Assembly: GCF_037042905.1 (NCBI RefSeq) | Contig: NC_087247.1 | Coordinates: 11,354,148 to 11,418,147 of the forward strand | From: Lytechinus pictus | Lineage: Eukaryota | Direction of reading: 5' to 3' | Length of the DNA: 64,000 nucleotides | In this document: positions 46,700-59,717 of the stretch, piece by piece | Position numbering within the stretch: the stretch's first letter is position 1 | Layout: every line of letters begins with the position of its first letter | Made by a program: the position numbers and the translations under genes | The notes under the pieces: model-generated | Told to the model about the DNA's origin: nothing | What the model saw: the letters and a program-made list of their open reading frames with translations, nothing else | Database searches by the model: none

Positions 46700-48150
46700 T
46701 TTTTTTTTTTTTGCAGGATTTTCTGCATTTATTGGAATATATACAAAACAAATTTACAATGCTTGAGACATAATCATAATATAGCATAAAGTACATAACC
46801 AAGTGACAATCTTATATGTAGTGACTGGAGAAAGACATAAATACAATATATAAAAAATATATATAATAAGTAAAATGCAGAGGCAAACTATATAAGCAAA
46901 TATATGCTTGAAGCATAGCAGCCAAAAAAGGGAAGGGCTACATGGAGACCTAAGAAATTAATTGTGTCTGTAAGAAAAAAAAAATTAATGTCACGAATCA
47001 TCAAATAACGGGGAAAAAAGTAGAAATTGACAAATGAAGTGTGTGCTAGTGAGTGCTAGTGGGTGCAAGTGCAGGTGAGAGATTTATGAATATCTGGATA
47101 AAATATATTTTTTCAATGAAGCTTTAAAAGAAAAGACAGATGCAGTGAGTTTAATATGATTTGGTATGTTGTTCCATATATCTGGGCCGTGGTGTCTAAT
47201 TGTTTTCTGTGCTAAAATTATTTTCGGGTTTGTCAAATGAAAGTCTGATGAGTGACGTGTAGGATATGAATGAATGTCGCTATTGTAGGTAAACATGTTT
47301 TGAAAGGATGTAGGTATAGCATTGGTTGAGAATTTGTACATAAAAATGGCAGATTGTAAAGTATGGATATCGTTCATTTTCAACGTTTTGAGTTTCCGAA
47401 AAATGGGATCAGAGTGAGCTAAATATTGCGAATGGGTGCAAATACGGAGTGCCTTTTTTTGAAGGCGCAGAATTGAATCTATTTTTGTTTTATTGCTATT
47501 ACCCCACAATATATTGCAATATGAAATATGTGATAAATATGTGACAACATAAATAGTGATCTTTGGGAAAGACAATATTTGAGTTTATATAATATACCAA
47601 TACCTCTGGCAACTAGTGTGCTAACATTATGAATGTGGCTGTTCCAAGTTAAATTAGAATCGATTATTACCCCTAAAAATTTTGTATCTTGTTTTTCAAT
47701 GAGACTGATGTTATTAATTTGAATGGAACCACGAAATGTATGTTTAGAATTAAGGTGTTTAAAGTATATGAAATTTGTTTTGTTAATGTTTAACAAAACA
47801 ATTTGATACATACGCAAGTGATCTTTGTCTTTTTTCTAAGTTTCTCCTAGAATATAAATATAGGGAGATTCATGCTGCAGTAAATACATGTTGGCGTTTT
47901 CATGATAATGGGTGTGATGCTTTTCTTCTCGTTTAGCATTCCCGGATGAATAAAGGTTAAAGGTCACAAGATCAATCGCAGGATATCCCTGATATGTGAT
48001 ATCATAACATTGATAACTAGATTGATTCATGACTGCGGACAGTTTATGCCCCTGCCATTGCCAGCCTGAGAATGTATTACACACTTTTAATAACTGTTCA
48101 AATACTCCAATTGGAGTATTCAAGCATTGAGCAGCTACGTCACTCATGCA
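46700..48150 (-). mobile_element. 5'-truncated non-LTR retrotransposon (CR1/L2-like LINE): RT C-terminal fragment plus 3' tail, in the KIF23 intron between the 48.6 kb and 46.6 kb exons.
   Basis: Minus-strand ORFs 47479..47817 and 47084..47575 carry LINE RT C-terminal signatures. These include LGVIIDSNLTWNSHI, ..YCNILWGNSNKTKIDSILRLQKKALRICT..AHSDPIFRKLKTLKM, and a CR1-like ..FKASLKKYILSRYS* end. An A-rich tail follows at about 46700-46716 on the minus strand. Confidence 0.7.
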
Positions 48151-48646
48151 TACCTGCCAACCTTTGATAATAGAAATTCAGTATCAAAGCTACGAGAGCA
48201 CGGTGCCCCAGAGTGGGGGGGGGGGGAGAATTTTGAAATCACAATTAGAAATGTGTATTAGATATTGCACATGATGATAATGGCGCTGGCCCCCTAAATT
48301 TGTTTACTCGCCGGCAACAACCTGGCTTTGTCCTTTTTTCTGTACCACATGTATGCAAAAACAAAACAAATGAAGGGTTGGCAATCGCTATGAGCTCTGT
48401 TAGACGATATGCACTAGTGTTGCATAACCGTGTGCTCCAGCTGATTAATACTTCGTTATGAGTTAGTTTCATACTATTCAGAATTCAGAATTGGAGTTCA
48501 AAAATCAGAAAAATTACGCCCAAATGGGAATAGTTGGCAGATATGCTCATAGAATTACACCACAGTGAATTCAGGGGCTTAAATTTTGTATGACTGTATC
48601 CTATATGACAGATTAAAAAAAAATAAAAACCCCAATATGCTCTCAC

Positions 48647-48855
48647 CTCTGTAGCCATCTCTCGTTTGTCTTTCTCGTACATGTTGTGAGTGCGTTGCAG
48701 CATGGCGTTGTCCTGTTCCAGAGAACGGATGCGTTTCTCGTTCCGCTCATTTTCGCGGGTCTTAGAGTTCAGTTTGGCTGAAAGCTCTGAGACGGTGGTG
48801 CGGAGATGATCCAACTCGTGCTCTCTTTCAACCAGCATTGCCCGGAAAGCGCCCT
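48647..48855 (-). CDS. KIF23: KIF23 exon: (Q)GAFRAMLVEREHELDHLRTTVSELSAKLNSKTRENERNEKRIRSLEQDNAMLQRTHNMYEKDKREMATE. Coiled-coil stalk.
   Basis: Acceptor ttttacacacag|AGGGCG; donor TACAGAG|gtgagagc. Heptad-rich E/K/R/L composition. Matches the ORF-track entry 48485..48838. Confidence 0.8.
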
Positions 48856-49520
48856 CTGTGTGTAAAACGAGACAATATGAGGATGTTGGTAAGTAGAGTA
48901 AGTATGAGCCTTAGACAAAATATACTCATATTATTTGATGGTTTCATTCATATTTTATACTTGCAGATTCATTACATTATGAAAAATTAGAAAAAAAAAA
49001 AGAAAAAAGAATTTATAACTTGAGGTTCTAATATAATAGTAATAAAATTGGGGAATTATTTGCAGTATTCTTATTTCAATAATTCTACTTGGCAATATCA
49101 TAGGAAAGTTTAAATATATCTTTACTTATCTAAATTTTTCAGTTTTTGGTGACAGTGAATGTCTGAAGTATTTCTTTATTTCAATGGTCCAATGGTCTCC
49201 ACTGAAAAAAAAAATCTGTCAAAACAACTCTCATACGACTCAGGCCTAATATCAACATTATGACATATATAGCCTTCACTCTCCCAGAAGTAAAAGTAAC
49301 ATACAGTCAAAAGTGACTATCATGGCCACCCAGGAGAAACAGAATAGCGGCCATCGGCGACAGGTGGACTCTATAGACAAGGTTCTATTAAAAAACACAA
49401 ACACACATTTCTTCCAAATGTGAGACAATTTTGGTTGCCATTGAAGACAGATTTTCACTACAGACAGGTGACCACTAAGCAAGTTTGACTGCACATCAAT
49501 GGATAACAGTTTCTTCTTAC

Positions 49521-49623
49521 GTTTTCTTGCGAGTTCGTCCTCCATGGTTCTCCTCCTTTTCTGTCTCTCCGCCAAGAAGGCAATAAGATTGGATAAGGTG
49601 TCCTCATCCGATGGATCGGAAAT
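49521..49623 (-). CDS. KIF23: KIF23 exon: ISDPSDEDTLSNLIAFLAERQKRRRTMEDELARK(+1 nt).
   Basis: Acceptor attctag|ATTTCC; donor GAAAAC|gtaagaag. Collinear with human [28 protein letters not shown]. Confidence 0.75.
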
Positions 49624-50817
49624 CTAGAATGGGACAGACAATAATAATGAAATGCAACACTTATCATACTTAATACAATGTAAATTATGATTCTAAGCAC
49701 TGTTCACTATTACCCTGGCAATATCCTAGTTATAAGCCTGATCTCACTGGTTTTAAGAAATTTAAGGGTAATTAGTGTTATTCATATATTTTAATGGTTA
49801 AGGTAATTCACCTTATTGTTGCTCTTTTCTCTGTAGGATTTCAATAGATTAAAGGAGAATGAAACCCTTGAAACCAGCTGAATCCATATCATAGAGAAAA
49901 ATCAAAGAAACATATTGTTGGAAGTTTGAGGAAGATTGAATGAATAATAAGAAAGTTATGAGCATTTGAATATTGAGATCACTAATGCCATGTAGATCCT
50001 CCCATTGGCAATGCGACCAAGATCTGTGATGTCACACACGTACAACTCCCTTATTACTTTAGTACTTATTTCACCTATATTCTCACTTTTATAGAGTCTA
50101 ACACAAGGTTAGGTGTTCTCTTTATGAGAGGACAAGTACAGAGGTTTCACAACATTATATCATTGATGAATCGTTTGTCATATGATTAGAATGAGCAAAA
50201 AGAGATGTTTTGGGGTATATTTTCAGTGTCCAAAAGGGGAGAGTTGTTCATCTGTGATATCATAGATCTTGGTCGCATTGCCAATGGGAGGATCTCCATA
50301 GCATTAGTGATCTCGACATTCAAATGCTCATAACTCTTCTATTGCTAGTCCTATTTTACTCAAACTTTTGTTGATCTTATTCTTTGATTTTTCTGCTTTC
50401 ACAAAAGCTAACTTGCTTCAAGAGTTTCATTCTCCTTTAATATTTACATCCATCTCATTAGTTTAATTATCAATGATTGCTAAGTTTAATTTCATGAAAG
50501 TATATGCTGGGTCATTTTCCTGGTGCACTCTAGGTTAATGTTTTATAGTCAATTTCTCCAGGGTGCCTGGATACTCTCCTCTTTTCCTCCTCCTTTTCGG
50601 TTCTTTCTCAAGTGCACTACGGGAATGACCTTGTAATGCCCAATGTTTTATACTCTTTATTGTTTAATTTCTCATGATTCTTCTGATAGGTAATTCATGT
50701 TCATTTCAGTTTGTACTGCTAGACATGTTCTTTTCAATAAAATCCATTTTATCTATCTTATTTAATGTTTCTAATGTTTTTTTTAAATCAAATATTCCAA
50801 AATAAAAACGAACGAAC

Positions 50818-50915
50818 CTGTAAGAGTGGAAACGGTGGTCCAAGGGAGAGAAGTGGGGATGGAGGTGGCAGATCACCACCGTTCTCCTCAAGAAGTTTCT
50901 TATATTCTTCATTGG
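50818..50915 (-). CDS. KIF23: KIF23 exon: (G/A)NEEYKKLLEENGGDLPPPSPLLSLGPPFPLLQ.
   Basis: Acceptor tttcttgcag|CCAATG; donor CTTACAG|gttcgtt, a weaker GTTCGT donor. The frame is fixed by the flanking exons. Confidence 0.65.
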
Positions 50916-51359
50916 CTGCAAGAAAAATAGAAAATGCAATATTTAATGAGAATTAAAGATAACTTGACTTTTGATGGGGGGTTAATTTGTCAGCTAAACA
51001 AATTTCCGATCATCTTAACCATGTCAACAATTTTATTTTGCGTAACCAGAAGAACTGATTTGCATTTTATTATATTCTTTCTCTTAGTAGTACTGACTAA
51101 GATATATACTCTCTTGTGAATTGAAAACCCTCAAACTACTCAGAATAAATTTAAAAAAGCTGAAGCACGTTGAAAAGACTAAAATTGAAAGAGCTCCCAT
51201 GGCTTTTGTACAGACGGAAGCTAAAATAAAGCTGGAATTAAGCTGAAAATAAAAAAGCGAAATAGCTGAAATCTCACTCCTCAGATAGTCTATCATAGTC
51301 AAGCACTCCACTTCAAAATCAACAAAGTTTCTGATAATCTTAAATGTATATGCACTCAC

Positions 51360-51456
51360 CCTTTCTCCTGCCTGGGGTAAGACCGATGTCAAATCTGACC
51401 TCTGTTGGTCTCGCTACTTGTACTTCCTGCGTGATCTCTGCAAACCTCATAACATG
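51360..51456 (-). CDS. KIF23: KIF23 exon: HVMRFAEITQEVQVARPTEVRFDIGLTPGRRK(+1 nt). Neck linker.
   Basis: Acceptor cttcaaacag|CATGTT; donor AGAAAGG|gtgagtgc. Matches human LQVMRFAEVTQEVEVARP..GLTPGRR. Confidence 0.85.
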
Positions 51457-52338
51457 CTGTTTGAAGCAAAAACAAGACCAAAGCTTCATCAGTAATCAAC
51501 CATTCATATTCATCATAGAACTTTCAACTGTATTTTCCGAATGCAGACAATCGCAGTCAACGGCAACAAAGAACAAAAAGTTAAATACAACTAAATACAA
51601 GTTTAATACGCAGAAGCCTTGTGTCCTAGCTCAGCAGTTGGATTTTTTTGTCCAAGTATTCGCAACTGAATGCAACTAAATCCAAATGAGCAAAGACGAG
51701 TGGTAATGACAGTGGCAACGACAAATTCGAGCAAGGACACGCAAGGATGCGAAACAAGTAACAGCAAGCATCTCATGCAGGGTAACAGTGTTACTGCTCA
51801 ATTTACCTTGCCTTAGCTTGCATCACCTCGCTACGCCGAGTGCAACTCTATCGAGTTGGTACGCAAAAAAGGAAGTGCAATCAAATATAATGCGGAGAAT
51901 GCTGTGTAAAACTGCATCTTGTTGCTTTCTGTTTGCAAAGCAATACTAGTAAGTAGCTTAAAATGCAAAGGTGTGAGCCAATCCTACAGGGGATTATTCT
52001 TCAGTCATTGTCAAATTATGCTTGGTATTGAACTAGGTAGTAATTGGAGGGCTCTTTCGTAACAAGGATTATCTGAAAAGGGGGATGATCAAGGATAAAA
52101 ATCTGAAAACTATTTGGTTTATATTCCGTTGTAGCGGTGCAAGAATGCCCTCAGCAAAACATTTTCGTGCACCACATCCGTAAAGAAACGCCTTTACATA
52201 TTGCACTTATGTGCGTTGCCAAGGGCGTTTTTGTGCGCATGTGATACAAAAAATTGTGGTTATAAGGGCGTTCTTGCACTGACACGATTTACATATACAC
52301 GCAAATTAAGCTATATCGGAGATTATACCAAAACTTAC

Positions 52339-52458
52339 AGTGGTTTCATCATAGTCCTTTGCACTGGGGTTGACACACACCACCATACGGACTTTACCCT
52401 CACCGTCAAAGTAGTTCTTGAAAAGATGGGTGAGTTTGGACGTTCTGTAAGGGACCAT
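52339..52458 (-). CDS. KIF23: KIF23 exon: [40 protein letters not shown].
   Basis: Acceptor cttttccacag|ATGGTC; donor ACCACT|gtaagtttt. Near-identical to human [31 protein letters not shown]. Confidence 0.9.
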
Positions 52459-52831
52459 CTGTGGAAAAGAAACATCATTTCATTACCAGTGAGCAGCGAT
52501 TGACAATAGATTAACTCTGTTCCGATTCAGTCTTTGTGTTTTGTTATTAGAGGTAACAGAGAATTACGGAATGTTGAAAGTCCTTCAAATCAAAATTAAT
52601 TGCAATTAATTACAAATTTGCAATAGATCGCAAGTCTCCTTTTTCTATCAACAGGTATATATCGATTTGCTTTGATTGAACATCGACCTATCATTGGAAA
52701 ATTTGCATCCGAAATTTGCAATTGATAGCAAAAATTTTCTTGCAATGCAACACCCCCAAAGTCGCAACCTTGAACAACTCCAACCCAGATCAAGAGAAGA
52801 TCCATCAGATTCTGAGACAGTTTCAACTGAC

Positions 52832-53014
52832 CTTGTTGGCTCCTTCCGACTGGTTCTCTCTCAACGTCTCGATGCATGTTCTGAGTGTCATCAGCGACGC
52901 ATTGATGCTACCGGCTTCCTTGAGTCTGTCCCCCGTGTTGTTGGTTCGGTTGGTCCTTTCACTTCCAGCCAGGTCAACCAGGGACAGCTGGCTGATGGCA
53001 ATCTGGTCCTTGTC
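52832..53014 (-). CDS. KIF23: KIF23 exon: [61 protein letters not shown]. Contains switch II.
   Basis: Acceptor tattgttcag|GACAAG; donor AACAAG|gtcagttg. DLAGSE switch II and the ..NxSL..L..CI motif. Confidence 0.9.
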
Positions 53015-53446
53015 CTGAACAATAGTAATTATCATAAAAAATGGTTTACTGAACTGTTGCTGAAGCGGCCTCCGTAGTACACACAATTGCCTTAAGCATG
53101 TTTAGCACAAGAGTTGAAGCCAATCAAACTTCCCTGATTTGAGGCATTTCTATCCAATTCCTCGAATTTTTGTCGAGTGGAAAAAGAAAAACGATTGCCC
53201 CTGATTATTCCTGATGGGCTGGGAACCCTGCCAATCATTCAGTGAATTTTCATATCCTAAAAAACATAAAGACCTACTCCGGAACATTTCCATTCACATC
53301 AAATGCCAAACTGGGCCCGGTAACACAAAGCTTAGCAATCATCATAGAACAATATGAACAATTACTCATGAAAATCAAGCATACGGCTACTGGCTGGCTA
53401 ACGTTTGTGTTTATAATACAGGACCCCGCTCTGTTGACTGTCTTAC

Positions 53447-53568
53447 CTGTATGACCTCCTGGCCCAGTGAGTCTAGGGGTGCCTGGACCAGTCTGATATT
53501 GAAGACACTGTGGCTACGACTTGACTCTGTGTTCAGCTGGGTGTGAGCAACCTTACGCCTGGCCTGAC
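53447..53568 (-). CDS. KIF23: KIF23 exon: (G)[40 protein letters not shown]. Contains switch I.
   Basis: Acceptor ttaacacaacag|GTCAGG; donor CATACAG|gtaagac. The SSRSH switch I motif is present. Matches human [21 protein letters not shown]. Confidence 0.9.
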
Positions 53569-54354
53569 CTGTTGTGTTAACAGTCAAGGTCAAAGGTCAT
53601 TTATGGATAGCTTTCAAAATACTTATTTTGCTCCTCCTGACCTTCTCAGCTGTGAATACGCTATTGATTCACTTGATTAATAATTGGCAGAATGTCAATA
53701 GGTGAGAACCAAAAACATGACACCAAGCAACTTTCCACATTCAGTTCCCATTCTCCCTTAACTTGCCTGAGAAGCAAAACTCTATTATCCTTCTATAAAC
53801 AGTTTGATTCATTGACATGTACATGTAGGTAACCTTGCATGAGAAGACCTTCCCTAAGTCAAATATTTGCCAGAGTCAAATAAATTCTTTAGACCATGGG
53901 GCCGTTTCACAAAGATTTAAGTATGACTTAGAGTTGTATCTAAATGCCGACACGTACATGATATGCAACACGCAATCATTGCGCAATAGTGCGCGTCCTC
54001 TTGGCACGATCTGACAAATGCGGACATGCATTTTATATCGCAGGCAACTAGGCATTTAAGTGCGACTCTAAGTTATACTTAAATCATGGTGAAACACCCC
54101 CCTCCCCTCTCCTCTCCTAGGTAAAATTTCTCCTCTAAGTGGAACAGATTCCTGTGGAGTCCCAAAATATTCGACTAATGCAGAGTTTCCCTTACTTCTA
54201 CATGTGTCATCCAACATATACCTTGCCATACTTTTTAACTTGCTAAGCTGATGATGCCAAATGAAGTAAAATCCAATATTGCATCACAATATACCAAATT
54301 GAACGATTTTATTAAAAAGGAGGGAGTCTTATTTGGATTGTTACCTTTGAGGAA

Positions 54355-54467
54355 GACCTTATATGCATCATCTGTTGACTTGACCTCTATCTCAGTACAC
54401 ATCGCAACATACATGTTATGATTGCAATCTTCTCTCAGAATTCTTGGTGTCAAACCCCTAAAAAGTA
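54355..54467 (-). CDS. KIF23: KIF23 exon: (K)GLTPRILREDCNHNMYVAMCTEIEVKSTDDAYKVFLK(+1 nt).
   Basis: Acceptor tactttttag|GGGTTTG; donor CTCAAAG|gtaacaat. Matches human [30 protein letters not shown]. Confidence 0.85.
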
Positions 54468-57212
54468 AATGAAATAGGAAAAAAATATGGTTAAAATTTT
54501 TTTTTTTCAGAGTGGACATCATAATGCAAATGGGCATGAGAACAATGAAAGAGAAAGTAAACATTAATGTACAATTGAAAGGTACATAGGTATGGCATTC
54601 ATCTTCTCTACATTTATGACAAATTTTAAGACACACACACACACACCCAAATAAGGAAAGTACCATTCTGTATTGTTTTTGTCTTTAGGTAACATCCACA
54701 ACCAGCCTTGTTTAACCAATTCCGATTCTTATTCTTGACTTACATATAGACCAAATTTACAAGACCCTTTCTTACATATAGACCAAATTTACAAGACCCT
54801 TTCCTTGCATTAAAAATTGAATACTGCATGCTAAGCAACATACATGTACTATTCAATACAAGTTTAACAGTACTAAATTACTTTTAGTCAAACTTTGAAT
54901 TGCATATCCATTGTAGATGCCCAACTCTACCCGAACTTATATTGACTACTGAAGTTCTATTACAATCATTTTTTTAACAAGAGATATGCAATATATTGCA
55001 AAGAGACAATGAATTGGATTATTTGAGTACAAGGTCTGCTTTGCGTAGCAGTATTTTTTTTAATGTTTTCAATATCATTTCCTCAAAGTTATTTGAAAAG
55101 CTAATAGCCATTAACTAAAATCTTCATAATCTAAAGCCCCCATCACACTTATTCCGAATCAAGCAGAATTGGCCAGAATGAAAGGACTATTGTTCGACCA
55201 CCAGTTGGTCATTTAAATCTACTTCCAACACCGTTCGAAAATACCCCTCGAATGTTTTGAACATGACCAAAACCTTCGGGACGGCCAAAAGAAATGACAA
55301 AATATTTCGAATGCACTCAGAATATTTAGAATGTGCCTAGAATGTCCAAGAATATAGCACGAATTATCAATCTGACTCCATTGCAGTTCATTTTTACTAG
55401 TGTATGATGATTCACCTGGTCAATTTACTGAATTTCAACTCCAGTTTGGTGAATTCATAAGTTCCTCCCAAAAATTTCTAGATTTTTGAATACTTTTTTT
55501 GTTCCAGCTTCTGCTTGATTCCTGCTGATTCCGACTAAGTGTGAGGGGGGCTTAAGGTAAATAAAAGCTGAAAAGGAATATCACCTAAACACAATTATAA
55601 ACAGGCCTTGAAATTCCTTACAACAAAGAGGAGCATGTTTTGGGTTTTTTTTCATATAGCCTTCTACATGTACATTCATACTAAAATAGCTGCAAAAGTG
55701 CCTTTTACATGCAAAATGACTAATGCCTCAGATGATCTTTGTAGGTTTGCATGGTGGAGTTAATGACGTGGAGACGGTTTACGGTCGGTCCACCATGTGT
55801 AATATGAAGAAGGGAAAGGAAATACAGGCAGAAAATTGAAATGGAAAGACAAGAAAGGGTGAAAAGAGGAAATTAGAAGTATTCTTTTTCGACTAATGAC
55901 TAATTGTTAATATGCATATAAAACTTAACAGTGAATTAGCTTTGAAATATAAACAAATAGTAACTGTATGCACTTCAGTCACAGGGAAAATGAGAGGACA
56001 GCATCAAGTGGAAGGGAAAATAAATTAATATAATAATTAATCATAAATTGAATAAAATAATGTGTAGGCTTCTACCAACCCTGAACAATATATTTTGACA
56101 GGCTTTAGAATGTCCATGAGAGTGGATGAGAGCTTGTCAAAAATATTATTAAGGTTGGTAGAAACTTACATACTTTGCTTTGATACAGAACTTAATACAT
56201 CAGATCAGAATCTCTAAAGCGATTTACATATAAATAGAATAGTGAGTAGAATTTGGTAATACAAATTTGTTTAAAACAAAACATGATTGAAAGAAGAGTG
56301 ATACTAAAACCACTTTAATAACACCATTTTCAATCACTGCACTTAGTTGTGAAGTGGCCCTAATTAAAAAGAACTAAACAGAAAAGCAAAGCAGGAAACA
56401 TAAAACCAGCTATAAAATAAATATGAAATAAAGAAACCAAACAGAAAACTCAATAACATACATTTCATCTCTGTTCCAACGATTCCTGGTGTAAGCAACA
56501 AGGTATTGAAGAAAAAAGAGAAATGTATAAAATCATAAAGTACATAAACATAATGAATAAGCGTTAGGGACGTGTAACTTCATAGCTTCATTTCATTGGG
56601 TGAACTGTATGGTAAAGTGATGTGAACCTCCAAGTTGGCATGATAACATGAAATGAGTTACAAATGATTAACAAACAGTGGAACATGACTTTTATACAAT
56701 GATTGTGACATGTATGTCAACACACAGTTATGACAATGTCATTTGACCCCATGATCTAATGGTGATTAAAATCACTGAGCACCAAATGTGCCGAAAAAAT
56801 TTAACCTTTGGTGTATGAGGTTTAATAGTGTCAGTCATACTTGCCAGCATTTAGAGATATGCAAAATCTGGACAGCCAAGCCCAAAGGCCGAGGGTCCAG
56901 AGGGCCGACTGAGACCCTGGGAATGAGGCAGGGGTCAAGATGGAAGTTCCCCCTGAATATCCTGTATTTTAGCAACTTTAACCTTAAAAGGACTGGGCTA
57001 TTAAAGATGTATTAAGGAGTGAATGGCTCTATTTATCAGCACATCCTGATTTTTTTTTTGCCATTTTGAAAGTTGAAAATCAGGACCATCCTGATAAAAT
57101 CAGGACAGTTGGCAGGTCTGGGGTATTCATCGATATAATTACTGAACTTGAGATCAGAGTATGAATCAAACCCAAGATTAGAATACAGGCATTTATGTTT
57201 CAAGATACTCAC

Positions 57213-57377
57213 TTTGAATGGAGTGAGTAGGGAACCTCCTCTAGGAGGTCAAAGATCTGATTGTTGTAGATCTCAACGTAGGAAACATAGATGGCATAGT
57301 TGTTATCCTCGTCCACGGTGCTGAGGCAAGTAGGGTCCGGAACCCGTACAAAGTTGTCCAAGTCCGGAAAAGCTTTC
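57213..57377 (-). CDS. KIF23: KIF23 exon: (K)KAFPDLDNFVRVPDPTCLSTVDEDNNYAIYVSYVEIYNNQIFDLLEEVPYSLHS(+2 nt).
   Basis: Acceptor caatccccag|GAAAGC; donor TTCAAA|gtgagtat. Conserved kinesin Y.VS..EIYNE...DLL block. Confidence 0.85.
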
Positions 57378-57875
57378 CTGGGGATTGAAAAAAGAATCAA
57401 TGGTTCACAACTGATAAAGACCTGCAAACATCAAACATCCTTCTACATTATTATTTAGTTGGAGAAGGGCAATTATTACCCTTCTGCAACTAAATACTGA
57501 GTGGCAAGATGGCAGGAAGAAGGTCCCATAATACCTCTGTTGTAATCAATGCTTGGGCAGATTTGCCAACATTTGAAATGCAGAAAACTGAACCAAATAT
57601 TGCGAGAGAGCAAAGCGACCAAGGGGGTGTCCCCCTCCCACGGTAGGGAGCTTTTGCATTTTTGGACTTACAATTGTGCAAACTGGTATCTTGAGAGAAA
57701 ATTCAGCCTCAAGAATAACTCTACTTGGGTGTGTTATGATTTGCCCAACCAGAATACAGAAATGGATAATTGAATATATTAAAAAACAATATTAATAATT
57801 GACACACTAAAAGATGCACCCAAATCCATACTCACAAAATCTGAATGTTAAGTTTTTTAGGGAAATTAAATCTTC

Positions 57876-59056
57876 AACAAGTGGAACGCCTCTGGCAGTC
57901 TCGCCTGCATTACGCGATTTAATATAGCAGCAGTGCTAACTTTGAAAACTACTATTAAATAATCATTCACAAAAACACCATTCATATAATGACATAATAC
58001 CACGTTCATTGACCATAAATGACATTTGAACGGTGACTTAAGACTTGTCAACTACACCCATGTCCACACTTCATTCACTCTATCCATAAACTTTCAAAGT
58101 TATGATGGCAATTCAACAATTACCCTTACATGGCCTAAGTTTATTGACCTTAACTGACCTTTGAACTTGGTTTTGTGACCTGAAACTCACAGGGGATGTT
58201 CAGTGATACTTGATTACTCTTATATCCCAAGTTGTATGAACTAGATCCATAAACTTTCAGAGTTAGGATGGTAATTCAACAAATACCCCTAACACGGCCA
58301 AAGTTCATTGACGTTTAATGACCTTTGACCATGGTCATGTGACCTGAAACTTGTACAGGATGCTCAGTGATACTTGATTACTCTTATGTCCAAGTTTTAT
58401 GAACTAGATCCATAAACTTTCAGAGTTAGGATGGTAATTTAACAAATATCCCCAACACGGCCAAAGTTCATTGACCTTAAATGACCATTGACCATGGTCA
58501 TGTGACCTGAAACTCGCACAGGATATTCAGTGGTACTTGATTAATCTTATGTCCAAGTTTCATGAAAAAGATCCATAAATTTTCAAAGTTATGATAGTAA
58601 TTCAACAAATACCCCCAACTTGACCAAAGTTCATTGACCCAAAATGACCTTTGACCTTGGTCACGTGACCTGAATCTCAAGCAGGATGTTCAGTAATACT
58701 TGATTAACCTTAAGCTCAAGTTTCATGAACTAGGTCCATATACTTTCTAAGTTATGATGTCATTTCAAAAACTTAACCTTCGATTAAAATTTTGAAAATA
58801 ATTCTCCCAACATGGTCTAAGTTCATTGACCCTAAATGACCTTTGACCTTGGTCATGTGACCTGAAACTCAGGCAGGATATTCAGTAATACTTGATTAAG
58901 CTTATGTCCAAGTTTCATGAACTAGGTCCATATACTTTCTAAGTTATGATGTAATTTCAAAAACTTAACCTTAGGTTAAGATTTGATGTTGACGCCGCCG
59001 CCGGCGTCGGAAAAGCGGCGCCTATAGTCTCGCTCTGCTATGCAGGCGAGACAAAA
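57876..59056 (+). mobile_element. Same family, copy E6: full length with about six internal units, located in a KIF23 intron.
   Basis: Start ..acaagtggaacgcctctggcagtctcgcctgcattacgcg. End ..cgcctatagtctcgctctgctatgcaggcgagacaaaaactgg. ORF-track peptides 57866..58051 and 5985..6278 are homologous. Confidence 0.75.
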
Positions 59057-59282
59057 ACTGGACGGTTCAGTTAAAAAGTGAATGGTAGGCAACACTGCTT
59101 GGGTTTCAAAGCTACCATCTCCTACTCTATCACTGATATCTAGAAAAAATACACGTTCCAAAATATATAATTACAAATCAATATGAAAACCACAAAGATC
59201 CAATGCAAGTTTTATTGAATGTGGATCATTATTGTCCAAATGTAACTGCCTCGAAGCCATGCAACATTGCCTCTGGCATGTA

Positions 59283-59500
59283 GGCGCATTGTGATCCAGT
59301 GGTTACGACTCGTCTTTCAATCGGAGGGACGTGGGTTCGAATCCCAGCCATGGTGTGTTTTCCTTCAGCAAGGACTTTACCCACTGAAAGGCAGCTCGAG
59401 CTAAAGCTGGGGTATTAATAATAGTGCGCCTCGGAATAGATAATAGAAATAGATTATTTCTAGATAGATGGCACTATATAAATGCCTACTATGATTTTTA
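59283..59500 (+). mobile_element. tRNA-derived SINE with a different head: GATCCAGTGGTTACGACTCG ... GTGGGTTCGAATCCCAGCC. It shares the tail motif ..ATGGCACTATATAAATGC. It lies in a KIF23 intron.
   Basis: Same tail motif ATGG..GCTATA.AAATGC as the SINE at 27.7 kb. The head has tRNA-like D- and T-arm boxes but no valid cloverleaf. Confidence 0.6.
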
Positions 59501-59717
59501 TCATTTCATTAAATGCATTTCATAAATGAAATTACGTCTCAGATAAAGGGGCACACTTTGGCACTTAAGATTGCCTCCTAGTATACCTTAACACTTTGTG
59601 AAACTCCAAACCGGTCGACTAAAATTCAATTCAAAAGTGCGTCATAATGGATATTTTGCATAACGTAGTCTAAATAAATGTGATTTGACTTTAATAGGAA
59701 TACTTCACAGTACTAAC

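Noticed and set aside
47084-47817. ORFs of 163 and 112 aa that could be taken for host exons
   Set aside because: The peptides are LINE reverse-transcriptase C-terminal domains (LGV..D..L.W..HI, Y..I.WG..K). They are annotated as a retrotransposon fragment, not a cellular gene.
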